Origin: a virus
Lineage: Duplodnaviria > Heunggongvirae > Uroviricota > Caudoviricetes
Reading direction: 5' to 3' (one strand)
Virus record (IMG/VR): IMGVR_UViG_3300035182_000695
Span: 90,755 to 146,216 of that record
DNA length: 55,462 nucleotides
Positions 1-8,277 of the stretch are shown here, in pieces (the stretch's first letter is position 1; each line of letters starts with the position of its first letter). The notes under the pieces are model-generated. The model searched no databases and was not told the origin of the DNA. It saw only the letters and a list, made by a program, of their open reading frames with translations. The translations under genes were made by a program, and so were the position numbers.

Positions 1-23
1 ATTACTTTCATTTTAAATATTTT

Positions 24-176
24 TTATTGTTTAACTCCTTTAATTTGATTGTCGTTATTATTAACGCCAGACGGATTGTGTGGCACATTCTTATTTTTTA
101 AATAATATAAATACGCAATAGATATTCCTATCCCTATAATTACGCCTAATCCTAATGATTTTTTGTCAACGTCCAT
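24..176 (-). CDS. Small membrane protein (50 aa, one TM)
   Basis: Hand-translated, below the ORF-track cutoff: MDVDKKSLGLGVIIGIGISIAYLYYFKNK...; tightly packed with neighbours. Confidence 0.7.
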   Translation of the reverse strand: MDVDKKSLGLGVIIGIGISIAYLYYLKNKNVPHNPSGVNNNDNQIKGVKQ

Positions 177-178
177 GA

Positions 179-367
179 TTATTTTTTTATACTATCAGTT
201 ATTTTACTTCTTTTCAATAATTCTAACGCCCAACCTGCGCCAAATAATCCTAATGCTAAATAGCGTCTGTTTACAGCTCTGTTTGAATCTCTAACAAAGA
301 AACTACTTGCAAATACTGGTAAAGATATTGCGAATAATATTACACTTGCTTTATTTGCTTTTTCCAT
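179..367 (-). CDS. Small two-TM membrane protein
   Basis: 62 aa ORF with two hydrophobic segments, inside the structural operon. Confidence 0.7.
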   Translation of the reverse strand: MEKANKASVILFAISLPVFASSFFVRDSNRAVNRRYLALGLFGAGWALELLKRSKITDSIKK

Positions 368-368
368 T

Positions 369-890
369 TTATTTATTTTTAATTCTGTAAACTACATATA
401 AAGCAGCTAACGCTCCACCTACTGCGCCGTAAACTTTGTTCTTATTATCTACGCTCGTAATCCAATTTTGTTTCTCTGCAAGATAAACACCTGCAAATCC
501 AACGATACCACCAATAACAATAGCATCAATGTATTTAACTTTAGATGTTGCTGATGCGATAGTTATTTTACCTGATGTTTCTTTTCCGTCTTTCTTTACA
601 GCGTCCCCTTCTTTTTTAGGCGCACCTTCCGCTGAGCTAGTAACAGTTTCATCTACCGGATTTACAACATCTTTAGTTACAAGTTCTTTTATAACACTCA
701 AAGGAACAGCTAATGTGCCTTTAACTAATACGAAAGCAGGCTTGTTATTATCGTGCTTTAATTCGCCATTAATAACCTCTCCTTTTTTGAAGTTTTTAAA
801 ACAAATTTGTTGTGGCTTCTCAGGTCTGCCTGTAACTCTAACGTACGGTGATTTGAAGTCTTGAGTTAATATGTAACTTTTTAATGCCAT
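369..890 (-). CDS. Putative virion membrane protein with C-terminal TM hairpin
   Basis: Two Gly-rich hydrophobic helices at the C-terminus; SSAEG motif; architecture like 3898..4368. Confidence 0.7.
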   Translation of the reverse strand: MALKSYILTQDFKSPYVRVTGRPEKPQQICFKNFKKGEVINGELKHDNNKPAFVLVKGTLAVPLSVIKELVTKDVVNPVDETVTSSAEGAPKKEGDAVKKDGKETSGKITIASATSKVKYIDAIVIGGIVGFAGVYLAEKQNWITSVDNKNKVYGAVGGALAALYVVYRIKNK

Positions 891-895
891 TGAAT

Positions 896-1000
896 TTATT
901 TTTTAATGTTTACAGTTTTGTTTTTTGTAGATTGCTTGTATTGAGAATAAAGTAAGGCTCCAATTCCAACAAGTGCTACTATTCCTAATATTTTTCTCAT
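896..1000 (-). CDS. Small membrane protein (34 aa)
   Basis: Hand-translated MRKILGIVALVGIGALLYSQYKQSTKNKTVNIKK; fills the gap between ORFs. Confidence 0.7.
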   Translation of the reverse strand: MRKILGIVALVGIGALLYSQYKQSTKNKTVNIKK

Positions 1001-1012
1001 TGTGAAATATTT

Positions 1013-1795
1013 TTATCTTGCTGGCGCAGCTCCAGGAGCGGCAGAACCAGCTTTTGATTTACTTGACTTATAAATTATAAAAGCTACAATCGCAACTCCA
1101 ATAACTATACCGCCAACAATAAGTGTTGTTTTCATTCCGCTACTCATTCCAGGCTTTTCAGCATCAACAGCATCTTTATCAATAACATCTTCTTTTTTGT
1201 AAACTACTGGCTCTCCACCGTTGTCGCCATCAATAGCTTCTGTTTGTTCAGGAGTGTATGTTTTAGATAAATCAACTTCTCCTGTTGTAGGATTTACTTG
1301 TTTTACAACTTCTCCTGATGTAGCTACATCTTTTTTATCATAAAGTGTTGGCTCAACGCCAGGTTTAGACGAAGGAACTGTATGAATTTGGTCTAAAGGA
1401 ATTTCTTTTTTAGAGCCATCAGGCATTGTTTTTTCTCCAACAGTTGTTCCGTCAGCTTTTTTCTTTTTTCTGATTTTCGGAAGAGCATCTTTAAATTTAT
1501 GCACTCCGTTTACAATCATTTTTTTCAATGGTCTTGCTCCGTATTTAGCTTTTCTTTCAGAGCGACGGGTTTCTCTTTTAGCTTTACGAGCATCCATTTT
1601 TTCTTTACTAAAAAATCCGTGATGTTCTTTTGGAGCTTTTGTATCTGTCGTAGCAGCCTTTACATCTTTACCTGTTTTAGGAGGCGTAGAAGTTGTTGAA
1701 TCTTTTTTAGATTTTGTGCTTCCTGATGCGTTTGAATATGATAATTGACCTGATTCGTTTTGAAACAAAATTGGTGCAGTTGTAGTTACTTTCAT
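1013..1795 (-). CDS. Tail-anchored putative virion membrane protein
   Basis: Basic soluble region, C-terminal TM (LIVGGIVIGVAIVAFIIY) followed by Lys; YSNASG motif. Confidence 0.7.
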   Translation of the reverse strand: MKVTTTAPILFQNESGQLSYSNASGSTKSKKDSTTSTPPKTGKDVKAATTDTKAPKEHHGFFSKEKMDARKAKRETRRSERKAKYGARPLKKMIVNGVHKFKDALPKIRKKKKADGTTVGEKTMPDGSKKEIPLDQIHTVPSSKPGVEPTLYDKKDVATSGEVVKQVNPTTGEVDLSKTYTPEQTEAIDGDNGGEPVVYKKEDVIDKDAVDAEKPGMSSGMKTTLIVGGIVIGVAIVAFIIYKSSKSKAGSAAPGAAPAR

Positions 1796-2508
1796 TTTCC
1801 TTTAGATTTTTTAATTTTATAAACAACAAATCCTAATATCGCTAATCCTACAACAATTCCACTAACTATTAATACAGTTCTTGTTGTTTTTGCTGACGCT
1901 TCTTTATCTTTTGCTTGCGCTTCTTGTTTAGCTCTTTGTTGAGCAAGTAACGCTTGTTGCATTTGCGCTTTAGCTTCTTGTTTTTTCTGAGCCATGTTAG
2001 TAGCTCCGTTCTTTTTATTACTTTGATTATCCATTGCTTTTCCGGCAACGTCTCCTCCAGTTTTAATAATACCGCTAATAGCATTCATCATTCCGCCATT
2101 GCCGAACTCAGATTGCTCTTCATAATCTTCATCTCCTTCTGCATTTTCAAACTCTTCATCATCTCCTGAGAAATGACTTTCTAATATAGAGTATGAGCTT
2201 TTAACGCCCGCATCACTAATTTCATCTTCGCCATCAAAGCCGACAGATTTATTGTGCATATTAACTAATAGCGCACTACCTAAGCGTAGTTTTTCGTTAA
2301 TGTCAATATTATCTACAAATAAATTAACAAGCTCTTGATTGCTCATTTTTTCATTTGCATAAACACTTGATTCATTAAGCAAGTCAACGAAGTCTTGTTT
2401 CGACTTAGACAAAATAGTGCCTAATTCATACATCAATAATCTACTAGCATTTTTCGTGCTATTATCATTAACGAATGAAGCTAACTTATTATGAAAATCG
2501 TTATTCAT
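1792..2508 (-). CDS. Tail-anchored coiled-coil putative virion membrane protein
   Basis: Q/A-rich helix, C-terminal TM then KIKKSKGK; VGFDG and ENAEG motifs. Confidence 0.7.
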   Translation of the reverse strand: MNNDFHNKLASFVNDNSTKNASRLLMYELGTILSKSKQDFVDLLNESSVYANEKMSNQELVNLFVDNIDINEKLRLGSALLVNMHNKSVGFDGEDEISDAGVKSSYSILESHFSGDDEEFENAEGDEDYEEQSEFGNGGMMNAISGIIKTGGDVAGKAMDNQSNKKNGATNMAQKKQEAKAQMQQALLAQQRAKQEAQAKDKEASAKTTRTVLIVSGIVVGLAILGFVVYKIKKSKGK

Positions 2509-2634
2509 TTATTTCGTGCTTTTGTATAGATGATTGTACTTAAACAAAAATAAGATGGCGTATGCTACTGCGATGCCGCCGTATGCAATCATCACCATCT
2601 TATCTTCGTTTGATATTTTACTGTTTGAAGGCAT
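2509..2634 (-). CDS. Small membrane protein (41 aa)
   Basis: Hand-translated MPSNSKISNEDKMVMIAYGGIAVAYAILFLFKY...; TAATG overlap with the upstream stop. Confidence 0.7.
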   Translation of the reverse strand: MPSNSKISNEDKMVMIAYGGIAVAYAILFLFKYNHLYKSTK

Positions 2635-3875
2635 TATTTCGCTTCAAAAACTTTGTATTTTTTTATTGCCCAAATAGCAACAGCAGCTACGCCTACACCG
2701 ATTGCAACAGCAGTCCAGTTGATTTTTTTACCAACTTTTGTAGAAGCAGCGCCGTCAGCGTTAGATGACAATTCAATTGTTCTTACAGCAGGAGCGTCAT
2801 AATCTTCAACTAAATCAAGACCGTTTAATCCTGTGCCTGTTGCATTTGAATTATCCTCTGCCGGAACTTCTATTCGTTGTTCTGACATTTGTGGATTTAA
2901 TTCATTTTCAACTGGAGTTTCAGAACCACCGTCTTCCGGATTTTTTCTTTCTTGACGATTTTCTTTTCTTAAAGAACGTCTTTCTTGACGAGCAGCACGC
3001 TTAGCTTTTCTAACTTCACGACGACGACCACCGCCTCCACCACCTCTGCGACCACCTCTGAATTCAGAGAACTCGCCGTCAGCGCCAGAAAATTCACCTT
3101 CAAAGTTAGCGTACTTTTCAAGTTGCCCTTCAAGTTCTTTAACTCTGTCGATTCGTTTATTTACTTGCGCTTTAATCTCAGCAACTTCACGCATCATTTG
3201 CGCCTTTGTTGTTTGATTAACTTCTGCTGCAATATTAGCTTCTCTTGCAATAACTTTTTGTTTCAATCTTGAAATCAATTCTTTATTCCATTCGATTTTT
3301 TTAGCAACGTCTTGTACCGCTGGCTGAACACGAACTTTACTTTCGTCATTCATTTCACTAAAGCGGTCTTCCGCTCCCATAACGCCATCAAAACCTGAAT
3401 CATCAGATTCTTGGTCATCAGAGCCTTGGTCGTCTTGAGATTGCTCGTCATAACCGCCTTGGTCATCAGAACCTTGCTCATCTTGCGACTGCTCATCATA
3501 ACCGCCTTGGTCTTGCGACTGGTCATCTCCTTGAGAAGATGCGTCATCAGAACCTTGGTCTTGAGATTGGTCGTCATCAGAACCATCATTACCCATTTCT
3601 TTTCTTGAAAGTCTGCGTCTCTTGCGGGTATCTTTTCTTGACTGTCTCGCTTCTTGCTGTTCAGAACGCATATCTTGACGAGATTTTTTTCTTGCTCTAC
3701 GTCTTGCGATTCTGTTTTGCTGACGTTCCATTCTTCTTTTGTGTCGTCTTGCACGACCACGACCTCTGAATTCAGAGAACTCGCCAAAAGCTTCCTCGAA
3801 AGTTGCTGATGAAACAGAAGTTATTCCCTTATCGCCATCCTTAATAGGAGAAAGCGTTATAATTGTTGCTTCCAT
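2634..3875 (-). CDS. Arg-rich/acidic tail-anchored protein, candidate DNA-condensing core polyprotein
   Basis: Two Arg-rich blocks each preceded by GEFSEFRG, a D/Q-rich repeat, a coiled coil and a C-terminal TM. Confidence 0.65.
   Translation of the reverse strand: MEATIITLSPIKDGDKGITSVSSATFEEAFGEFSEFRGRGRARRHKRRMERQQNRIARRRARKKSRQDMRSEQQEARQSRKDTRKRRRLSRKEMGNDGSDDDQSQDQGSDDASSQGDDQSQDQGGYDEQSQDEQGSDDQGGYDEQSQDDQGSDDQESDDSGFDGVMGAEDRFSEMNDESKVRVQPAVQDVAKKIEWNKELISRLKQKVIAREANIAAEVNQTTKAQMMREVAEIKAQVNKRIDRVKELEGQLEKYANFEGEFSGADGEFSEFRGGRRGGGGGGRRREVRKAKRAARQERRSLRKENRQERKNPEDGGSETPVENELNPQMSEQRIEVPAEDNSNATGTGLNGLDLVEDYDAPAVRTIELSSNADGAASTKVGKKINWTAVAIGVGVAAVAIWAIKKYKVFEAK
3400..3590 (-). repeat. 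Imperfect in-frame tandem repeat encoding DDQSQDQG / QGSDDQGGYDE units
   Basis: Repeated ccttggtc / gaaccttg / tcataaccgccttggtc blocks; boundaries approximate. Confidence 0.8.
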
Positions 3876-3897
3876 ATTTTTTCTTTTTTGAAATTAA

Positions 3898-4368
3898 TTA
3901 TTTACTTGCTTTGATTGTAACTTTTGAACGCTTGTCAATAAGCATTCCTGCTACATAACCTGCTACTGCACCAATTGCAATAAACATAGCTTGTTTTTTA
4001 ACATCGTGTTTTTTGTATTTAGCAAAAGCAAAACCTGCGATGCCACCTACAACTGTACCGATAAATTTATTTTTGTTTGAAATCTCGGCAGGTTTCATAT
4101 CTACTTTTGTAGCTGATACGTTTGCGTCTGCGCCTAATGTTACTTCTGTCGTTTCCATTGTTTTTATTTTATTTAGATGAATTAATTGATTTTTATCTGT
4201 AACGAAAAGTTTGTAGGTGAAAGGTTTCCCTTTTCTCAAACCCTCTATGTTTTTTGCATTTCCATTAACGATTGTGTTTTCTTCAATGACTTCTCCGCTG
4301 TCTGTAAAATTCTTATGCTCTAAGTTTGGAATAAGAATCGGTGCGTCTGATGTAGTTATCGCTTTCAT
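3898..4368 (-). CDS. Putative virion membrane protein with C-terminal TM hairpin
   Basis: VVGGIAGFAFA...IAIGAVAGYVAGMLI hairpin; architecture like 369..890. Confidence 0.7.
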   Translation of the reverse strand: MKAITTSDAPILIPNLEHKNFTDSGEVIEENTIVNGNAKNIEGLRKGKPFTYKLFVTDKNQLIHLNKIKTMETTEVTLGADANVSATKVDMKPAEISNKNKFIGTVVGGIAGFAFAKYKKHDVKKQAMFIAIGAVAGYVAGMLIDKRSKVTIKASK

Positions 4369-4370
4369 AT

Positions 4371-4955
4371 TTATTTATTTTGTTTATTCATTGTCATTGC
4401 TAAAACTGCTACTATTCCTAAAACGCCTAATACAGCAACTAGCGTATTAGAGTTTAATTGATGTTTCTCGCTAAAGCTGTTTAAGCTCGACTGAGCATCA
4501 AAAGAACTAGAGTCTGAACTCATTCTCATTCTTGCGTGTTCGTTCTCGTGATACGGGCAATTAGCGCCGTGTTGAGGGCAATCTCCGTGAGCGTTAGATT
4601 TAATTTCTGAAACTTTAACTGTCTCAGGAACTTTAATTTCTTCTACTGCTTTTACTTCAATTTTTGGTTCTTCCTTTTTTGTTTCCAATTTAGGAATTTC
4701 ATATTTTAATATCCAAGCTCTGTGAGGATGAATCTGAACCATTTCTTTTTCTAATTGTATTTTGTCAGGAGAACTGAAATACAAATCAGCTAATTTTTTT
4801 TCTAAATCAGCGTAATCCTTACTGTCTTCTTTGCCGTATTTTTTAAGTAATTTTCTTGAATCAGCGGTACTTTCATTAGCCAACAAAGTCAATAACGAAA
4901 TTTCTTGCTTCGTACTGACTTTTTTTTGATTTTTGCTTTGATTATTGTTGTTCAT
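4371..4955 (-). CDS. Tail-anchored putative virion membrane protein
   Basis: C-terminal LVAVLGVLGIVAVLAM; SNAHG and SSFDA motifs. Confidence 0.7.
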   Translation of the reverse strand: MNNNNQSKNQKKVSTKQEISLLTLLANESTADSRKLLKKYGKEDSKDYADLEKKLADLYFSSPDKIQLEKEMVQIHPHRAWILKYEIPKLETKKEEPKIEVKAVEEIKVPETVKVSEIKSNAHGDCPQHGANCPYHENEHARMRMSSDSSSFDAQSSLNSFSEKHQLNSNTLVAVLGVLGIVAVLAMTMNKQNK

Positions 4956-4967
4956 TACTTATTTTTT

Positions 4968-5498
4968 TTATACAGAAGCTCTGCTTAATTCTTGAAACGA
5001 TGGCATTGGAATCATTTTATTCAAAATAGGTATAATCACATTCGATAACCCATTTAATTTTCTTCTCATAACACTATGCGAAGCTGGAGCTATTCTTCCT
5101 TGTCCGCTGTGCCAATTAGCGCCATTTCCGAATCTATGATTTATATTTTCTGTTCCTGTACACCACTCTAAATTTTCAACCCTATTGTCAGCCCTATTTT
5201 TATTTATGTGATTTACTTCTTTTTTATTTTCAGGATTTTGTATGAACGCTTCTGCAACTAATCTATGCACTCTAAATCCAACTCTTTTTATGTTTTTTTC
5301 TTTATCTCCAAGTGGACAAACAACATAACCTGTATATTTATGCGCTTTAGAGCTTAGTATTCTCTTGCAAACTAAACTGTAAACCCTACCTAAATTTGAA
5401 ATTTTATAATTACCGTCAAAATTCGGCAAATCTTTCCAAATTTCATTTGGCAAAGTTATATCTGATAATTCAAATCTTTTTGGAATATACTTGCTCAT
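4968..5498 (-). CDS. NUMOD4-HNH homing endonuclease
   Basis: EIWKDLPNFDGNYKISNLGRV (NUMOD4) plus HRLVAEAF...VNHINKNRADNRVENLEW (HNH). Confidence 0.9.
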   Translation of the reverse strand: MSKYIPKRFELSDITLPNEIWKDLPNFDGNYKISNLGRVYSLVCKRILSSKAHKYTGYVVCPLGDKEKNIKRVGFRVHRLVAEAFIQNPENKKEVNHINKNRADNRVENLEWCTGTENINHRFGNGANWHSGQGRIAPASHSVMRRKLNGLSNVIIPILNKMIPMPSFQELSRASV

Positions 5499-5515
5499 AC
5501 TTTCTAATTTTATTT

Positions 5516-5552
5516 AAAAAAGCCTATCTCATTTTATTGAGATAGGCTTTTT
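5516..5552. terminator. Intrinsic terminator (bidirectional-type) downstream of the capsid candidate
   Basis: AAAAAGCCTATCTCA-TTTTAT-TGAGATAGGCTTTTT perfect hairpin. Confidence 0.85.
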
Positions 5553-5582
5553 AATTTGAATAATTTCCAAATATATTAAAGA

Positions 5583-6341
5583 CTATCCTTTTGTGATACC
5601 TTTAACGTCCTGAGTCGTTTGGATTATAACCGGCGCCACGTTTTTACCAGATAAGCGAGGGGCTCTAGCTTGGTTAAGAGTGATACCACCGTTAAGTTTC
5701 GCTTTACCACTTAATACACTTGTAGGGAACATAGAGATAACTAAAGTAGCAGCACCTTTCAATATGAAATTGATATAAGTGTTACCATCAACAGTTACTG
5801 GTTTTGTTACGTCCAAGATGTCAGATTGTTGCTGATAAGCATCACGCATAATCGACAAGTTTAAAGGCGTAGTATAAGACTTACCGTTACCGTCAACGTG
5901 TACTAATTGCAATGTTTGTTGCAATTGAGACGAGTTGGCAGATTGGAAACGCCATTTACCAATTTTAAAGTTTTTGTTATTCGATTGAGCTAACAAACGA
6001 CCATAACCAGTACCAGGACCAGTATTAGCTTGTAAGTTAGTAATCTGAACACCAACAGGGTTACCGTAGTTAGTAGCTCCGTAGTAATCGTTATATCCGA
6101 ATAATACGGCTGTAACGTCACCTACGTTTGTGTTTTGGTATTCAATAACGTATGGGTCAGATACCGGAGAACTACCGTTAGGCGTTCCACCTGCGTAAGA
6201 CATTTCGTCATTATCGAAGTAAGACATTTGGTCACCGTCAAAGTAATCCATGTCTCCCTCAGCAGAATCGTATCCGTCATAACCTGACATACGCTCTGTT
6301 CCGGCAATGTAACCGTGAAGTTCTTTTTCAACTAAGTTCAT
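5583..6341 (-). CDS. Candidate major capsid protein (predicted single jelly-roll) with acidic motif-bearing N-terminal extension
   Basis: About 170 aa of alternating beta-strand pattern; strong terminator directly after it; heads the membrane-protein block; two paralogs in the window. The fold is inferred, not shown. Confidence 0.6.
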   Translation of the reverse strand: MNLVEKELHGYIAGTERMSGYDGYDSAEGDMDYFDGDQMSYFDNDEMSYAGGTPNGSSPVSDPYVIEYQNTNVGDVTAVLFGYNDYYGATNYGNPVGVQITNLQANTGPGTGYGRLLAQSNNKNFKIGKWRFQSANSSQLQQTLQLVHVDGNGKSYTTPLNLSIMRDAYQQQSDILDVTKPVTVDGNTYINFILKGAATLVISMFPTSVLSGKAKLNGGITLNQARAPRLSGKNVAPVIIQTTQDVKGITKG

Positions 6342-6493
6342 TTTTTTTAGAGTTTAATTTGTTAATAATTTATTTAATTTTTTTCGAGTTTTAATAACTT
6401 TACACAGACATATCGTCAATGAAAATGTTAAATTTGATTTTCTTCTATTACTCCTTAGCGAGATTCACATTTAGCGAACAGCTTAGTTTCTGT

Positions 6494-6528
6494 AAAAAAA
6501 AATCGCAAGGATATCGAATACCCCTACG
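6494..6528 (-). terminator. Weak terminator/attenuator-like hairpin upstream of the capsid candidate
   Basis: Minus strand CGTAGGGGTAT-TCG-ATATCCTTGCG then a T9 run; several G-U pairs. Confidence 0.45.
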
Positions 6529-6541
6529 CTTAAAAATTTAC

Positions 6542-6658
6542 TTACTTAACTTTCGGTGAAAGTCTTTTAGCAATGACAACTTGATGTAAAGCTAATGCAC
6601 CTAAAGAGATGCCAGCAATAATTAAGAAATCTGTTAAGTTCAAAGATGGCTTTTTCAT
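6542..6658 (-). CDS. Small membrane protein (38 aa)
   Basis: Hand-translated MKKPSLNLTDFLIIAGISLGALALHQVVIAKRLSPKVK; promoter box just upstream. Confidence 0.7.
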   Translation of the reverse strand: MKKPSLNLTDFLIIAGISLGALALHQVVIAKRLSPKVK

Positions 6659-6692
6659 TTTATAACTGTTTATGTTTGTTAATAATTGAAAA

Positions 6693-6738
6693 CAAATTTA
6701 AACTAATTAACCTTTACCTTTTAATATTTAAGTTAAAC
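6693..6738 (-). promoter_or_regulatory. Bacteroidota-type promoter (-7 TAAATTTG) with upstream GTTTAACTTA box
   Basis: TAnnTTTG at 6700-6693; 10-mer 28 nt upstream; extra 10-mer copies at 6788-6797 and 6799-6808. Confidence 0.65.
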
Positions 6739-6828
6739 AAAAGGTGTTTTGTGAACGTCTAAACATTGATTTTATTGAGATATTTATGTTTAACTTACGT
6801 TTAACTTATTTATCCTAAAAAGCATAAA

Positions 6829-6864
6829 AAAAGCCCACTAGATTAATTTTCTAGTAGGCTTTTT
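6829..6864. terminator. Intrinsic terminator
   Basis: AAAAGCCCACTAGA-N7-TCTAGTAGGCTTTT hairpin (one mismatch) after ORF 6883..7332. Confidence 0.75.
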
Positions 6865-6882
6865 AAATTTAAAGTTTATTTT

Positions 6883-7332
6883 TTACTTCACTTCACTCTC
6901 CGAATCTGTTGATTTAACAGTATTCTCCGTTGATTCACTTTCGCTTTTAGAATCCGTTGCCGTTTCATTTACTGTTGTAGTTTCGCTTTCAGTTGCTCCG
7001 TTAGCAGTTGCTACATCTGTTGCCTCGTTTGAAACGCTAGTAGATTCTTCTTTTAAAATCTCATCTGCCGTTTCTACATAACCTTCTTCGCCTGGTTTTG
7101 GAGATTCCAATTTGATGTCTCCAATGTGCGTAGGAGTCTCAGTATCGCTTTCTCCTGCGATAGCTTTAGCAAGCGTTTCATTTGTATCAGGAGTGTGTTT
7201 ACTTTCTTCTGATTCTTCTACCGCTTCGATTGTTTTTCCTTGCTCATCTACTTTACCTGCGATTCTATCAGCTAAGTGTTGGTTTGCTACTGGAGCTTTG
7301 TTTTCTTCTGGTGTACTGTTTTCTGTTGACAT
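6883..7332 (-). CDS. Acidic, E/T/S-rich disordered protein
   Basis: 149 aa ORF, low complexity. Confidence 0.65.
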   Translation of the reverse strand: MSTENSTPEENKAPVANQHLADRIAGKVDEQGKTIEAVEESEESKHTPDTNETLAKAIAGESDTETPTHIGDIKLESPKPGEEGYVETADEILKEESTSVSNEATDVATANGATESETTTVNETATDSKSESESTENTVKSTDSESEVK

Positions 7333-7362
7333 TTTGTTTTTGTTTTTATGGTTTATAATTAA

Positions 7363-7632
7363 TTATCCTATGTCGCTTCTTAAAGCGTTTGACTCAAGAA
7401 AAGAATAGTTGTCTATTGGTTGTGGGTTTTTTTCTATTTCAGTTAAGAAATCAAAAACATCTTTTAATGTCGCTTTAAAAAAAACATTCTCTCTTATAGG
7501 AATATAATTCCCTTTTTGAGGCGTTTTAGCTTTTTCAACATCGAAGTTGTTTTCTTCGTTTTCGTATGAAGGTACTATTACATTGTACCCGTTTGCAATT
7601 CGCTGAATAGCGATACTGTTTCCAAATCTCAT
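7363..7632 (-). CDS. Hypothetical protein
   Basis: Fits the operon packing. Confidence 0.6.
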   Translation of the reverse strand: MRFGNSIAIQRIANGYNVIVPSYENEENNFDVEKAKTPQKGNYIPIRENVFFKATLKDVFDFLTEIEKNPQPIDNYSFLESNALRSDIG

Positions 7633-7657
7633 TTATTTTATTTTTTATGGGTTTATA

Positions 7658-7888
7658 CTAACTGGCTTGTTCCTCACTAGGCTGACTATTCTTAAACTCT
7701 ACAAGCGTAGCCATATCGCTTTCAGCTTGCGCAATATCTTCTTGAATATCTTTCTTCTCATCAAACAATTTCTGTCTCGCTGAGCTTTCTGTACAATCTT
7801 TAATGGAGTTGCAGCAATCTACAAGTTCTTTTTTTAAAGAGTCAATTTCTGTTTGTTGTTCTTTTATTTGGTCGTCTATCTGTGCCAT
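7658..7888 (-). CDS. Hypothetical coiled-coil protein
   Basis: Heptad-like helical pattern. Confidence 0.6.
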   Translation of the reverse strand: MAQIDDQIKEQQTEIDSLKKELVDCCNSIKDCTESSARQKLFDEKKDIQEDIAQAESDMATLVEFKNSQPSEEQAS

Positions 7889-7892
7889 GGTT

Positions 7893-8273
7893 TTATTTTT
7901 TAAAAAATTTTACGAAAATTATTTGTTTTGCTTTTATTGTTATTGAGCATTCTGATATTTTACAATCTGTTGACATATCGAATATGTCTTTCTGATTTTG
8001 ATTTTGTGCGACTTCATCAAAATACGTTTTATTGTACTTAACATTGGCTTGTTTGATGTAAGCATCAACAGAAGACAAGCAATTTAAAATATCAACGGCT
8101 TGAACTCTTATTAAGATTATCTCAGAGTCTTCTAGCTTAGGCATAAACTCTTCTGCGTTGTTAACTATAAATTCGTCTTTCAACAATTCATCATCTTTAT
8201 CGAATAATCTTTTTAATTCAATGGTTGAATCAGAATCTTTTTTGTTTGTTATTGTTATTGTTTGTGTTTCCAT
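7893..8273 (-). CDS. Hypothetical protein
   Basis: Fits the operon packing. Confidence 0.6.
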   Translation of the reverse strand: METQTITITNKKDSDSTIELKRLFDKDDELLKDEFIVNNAEEFMPKLEDSEIILIRVQAVDILNCLSSVDAYIKQANVKYNKTYFDEVAQNQNQKDIFDMSTDCKISECSITIKAKQIIFVKFFKK

Positions 8274-8277
8274 TTTT

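Noticed and set aside
3056-3777. 14-bp perfect palindrome CTCTGAATTCAGAG present twice
   Set aside because: Explained by the duplicated codons for S-E-F-R; no intergenic copies, so not called as an operator
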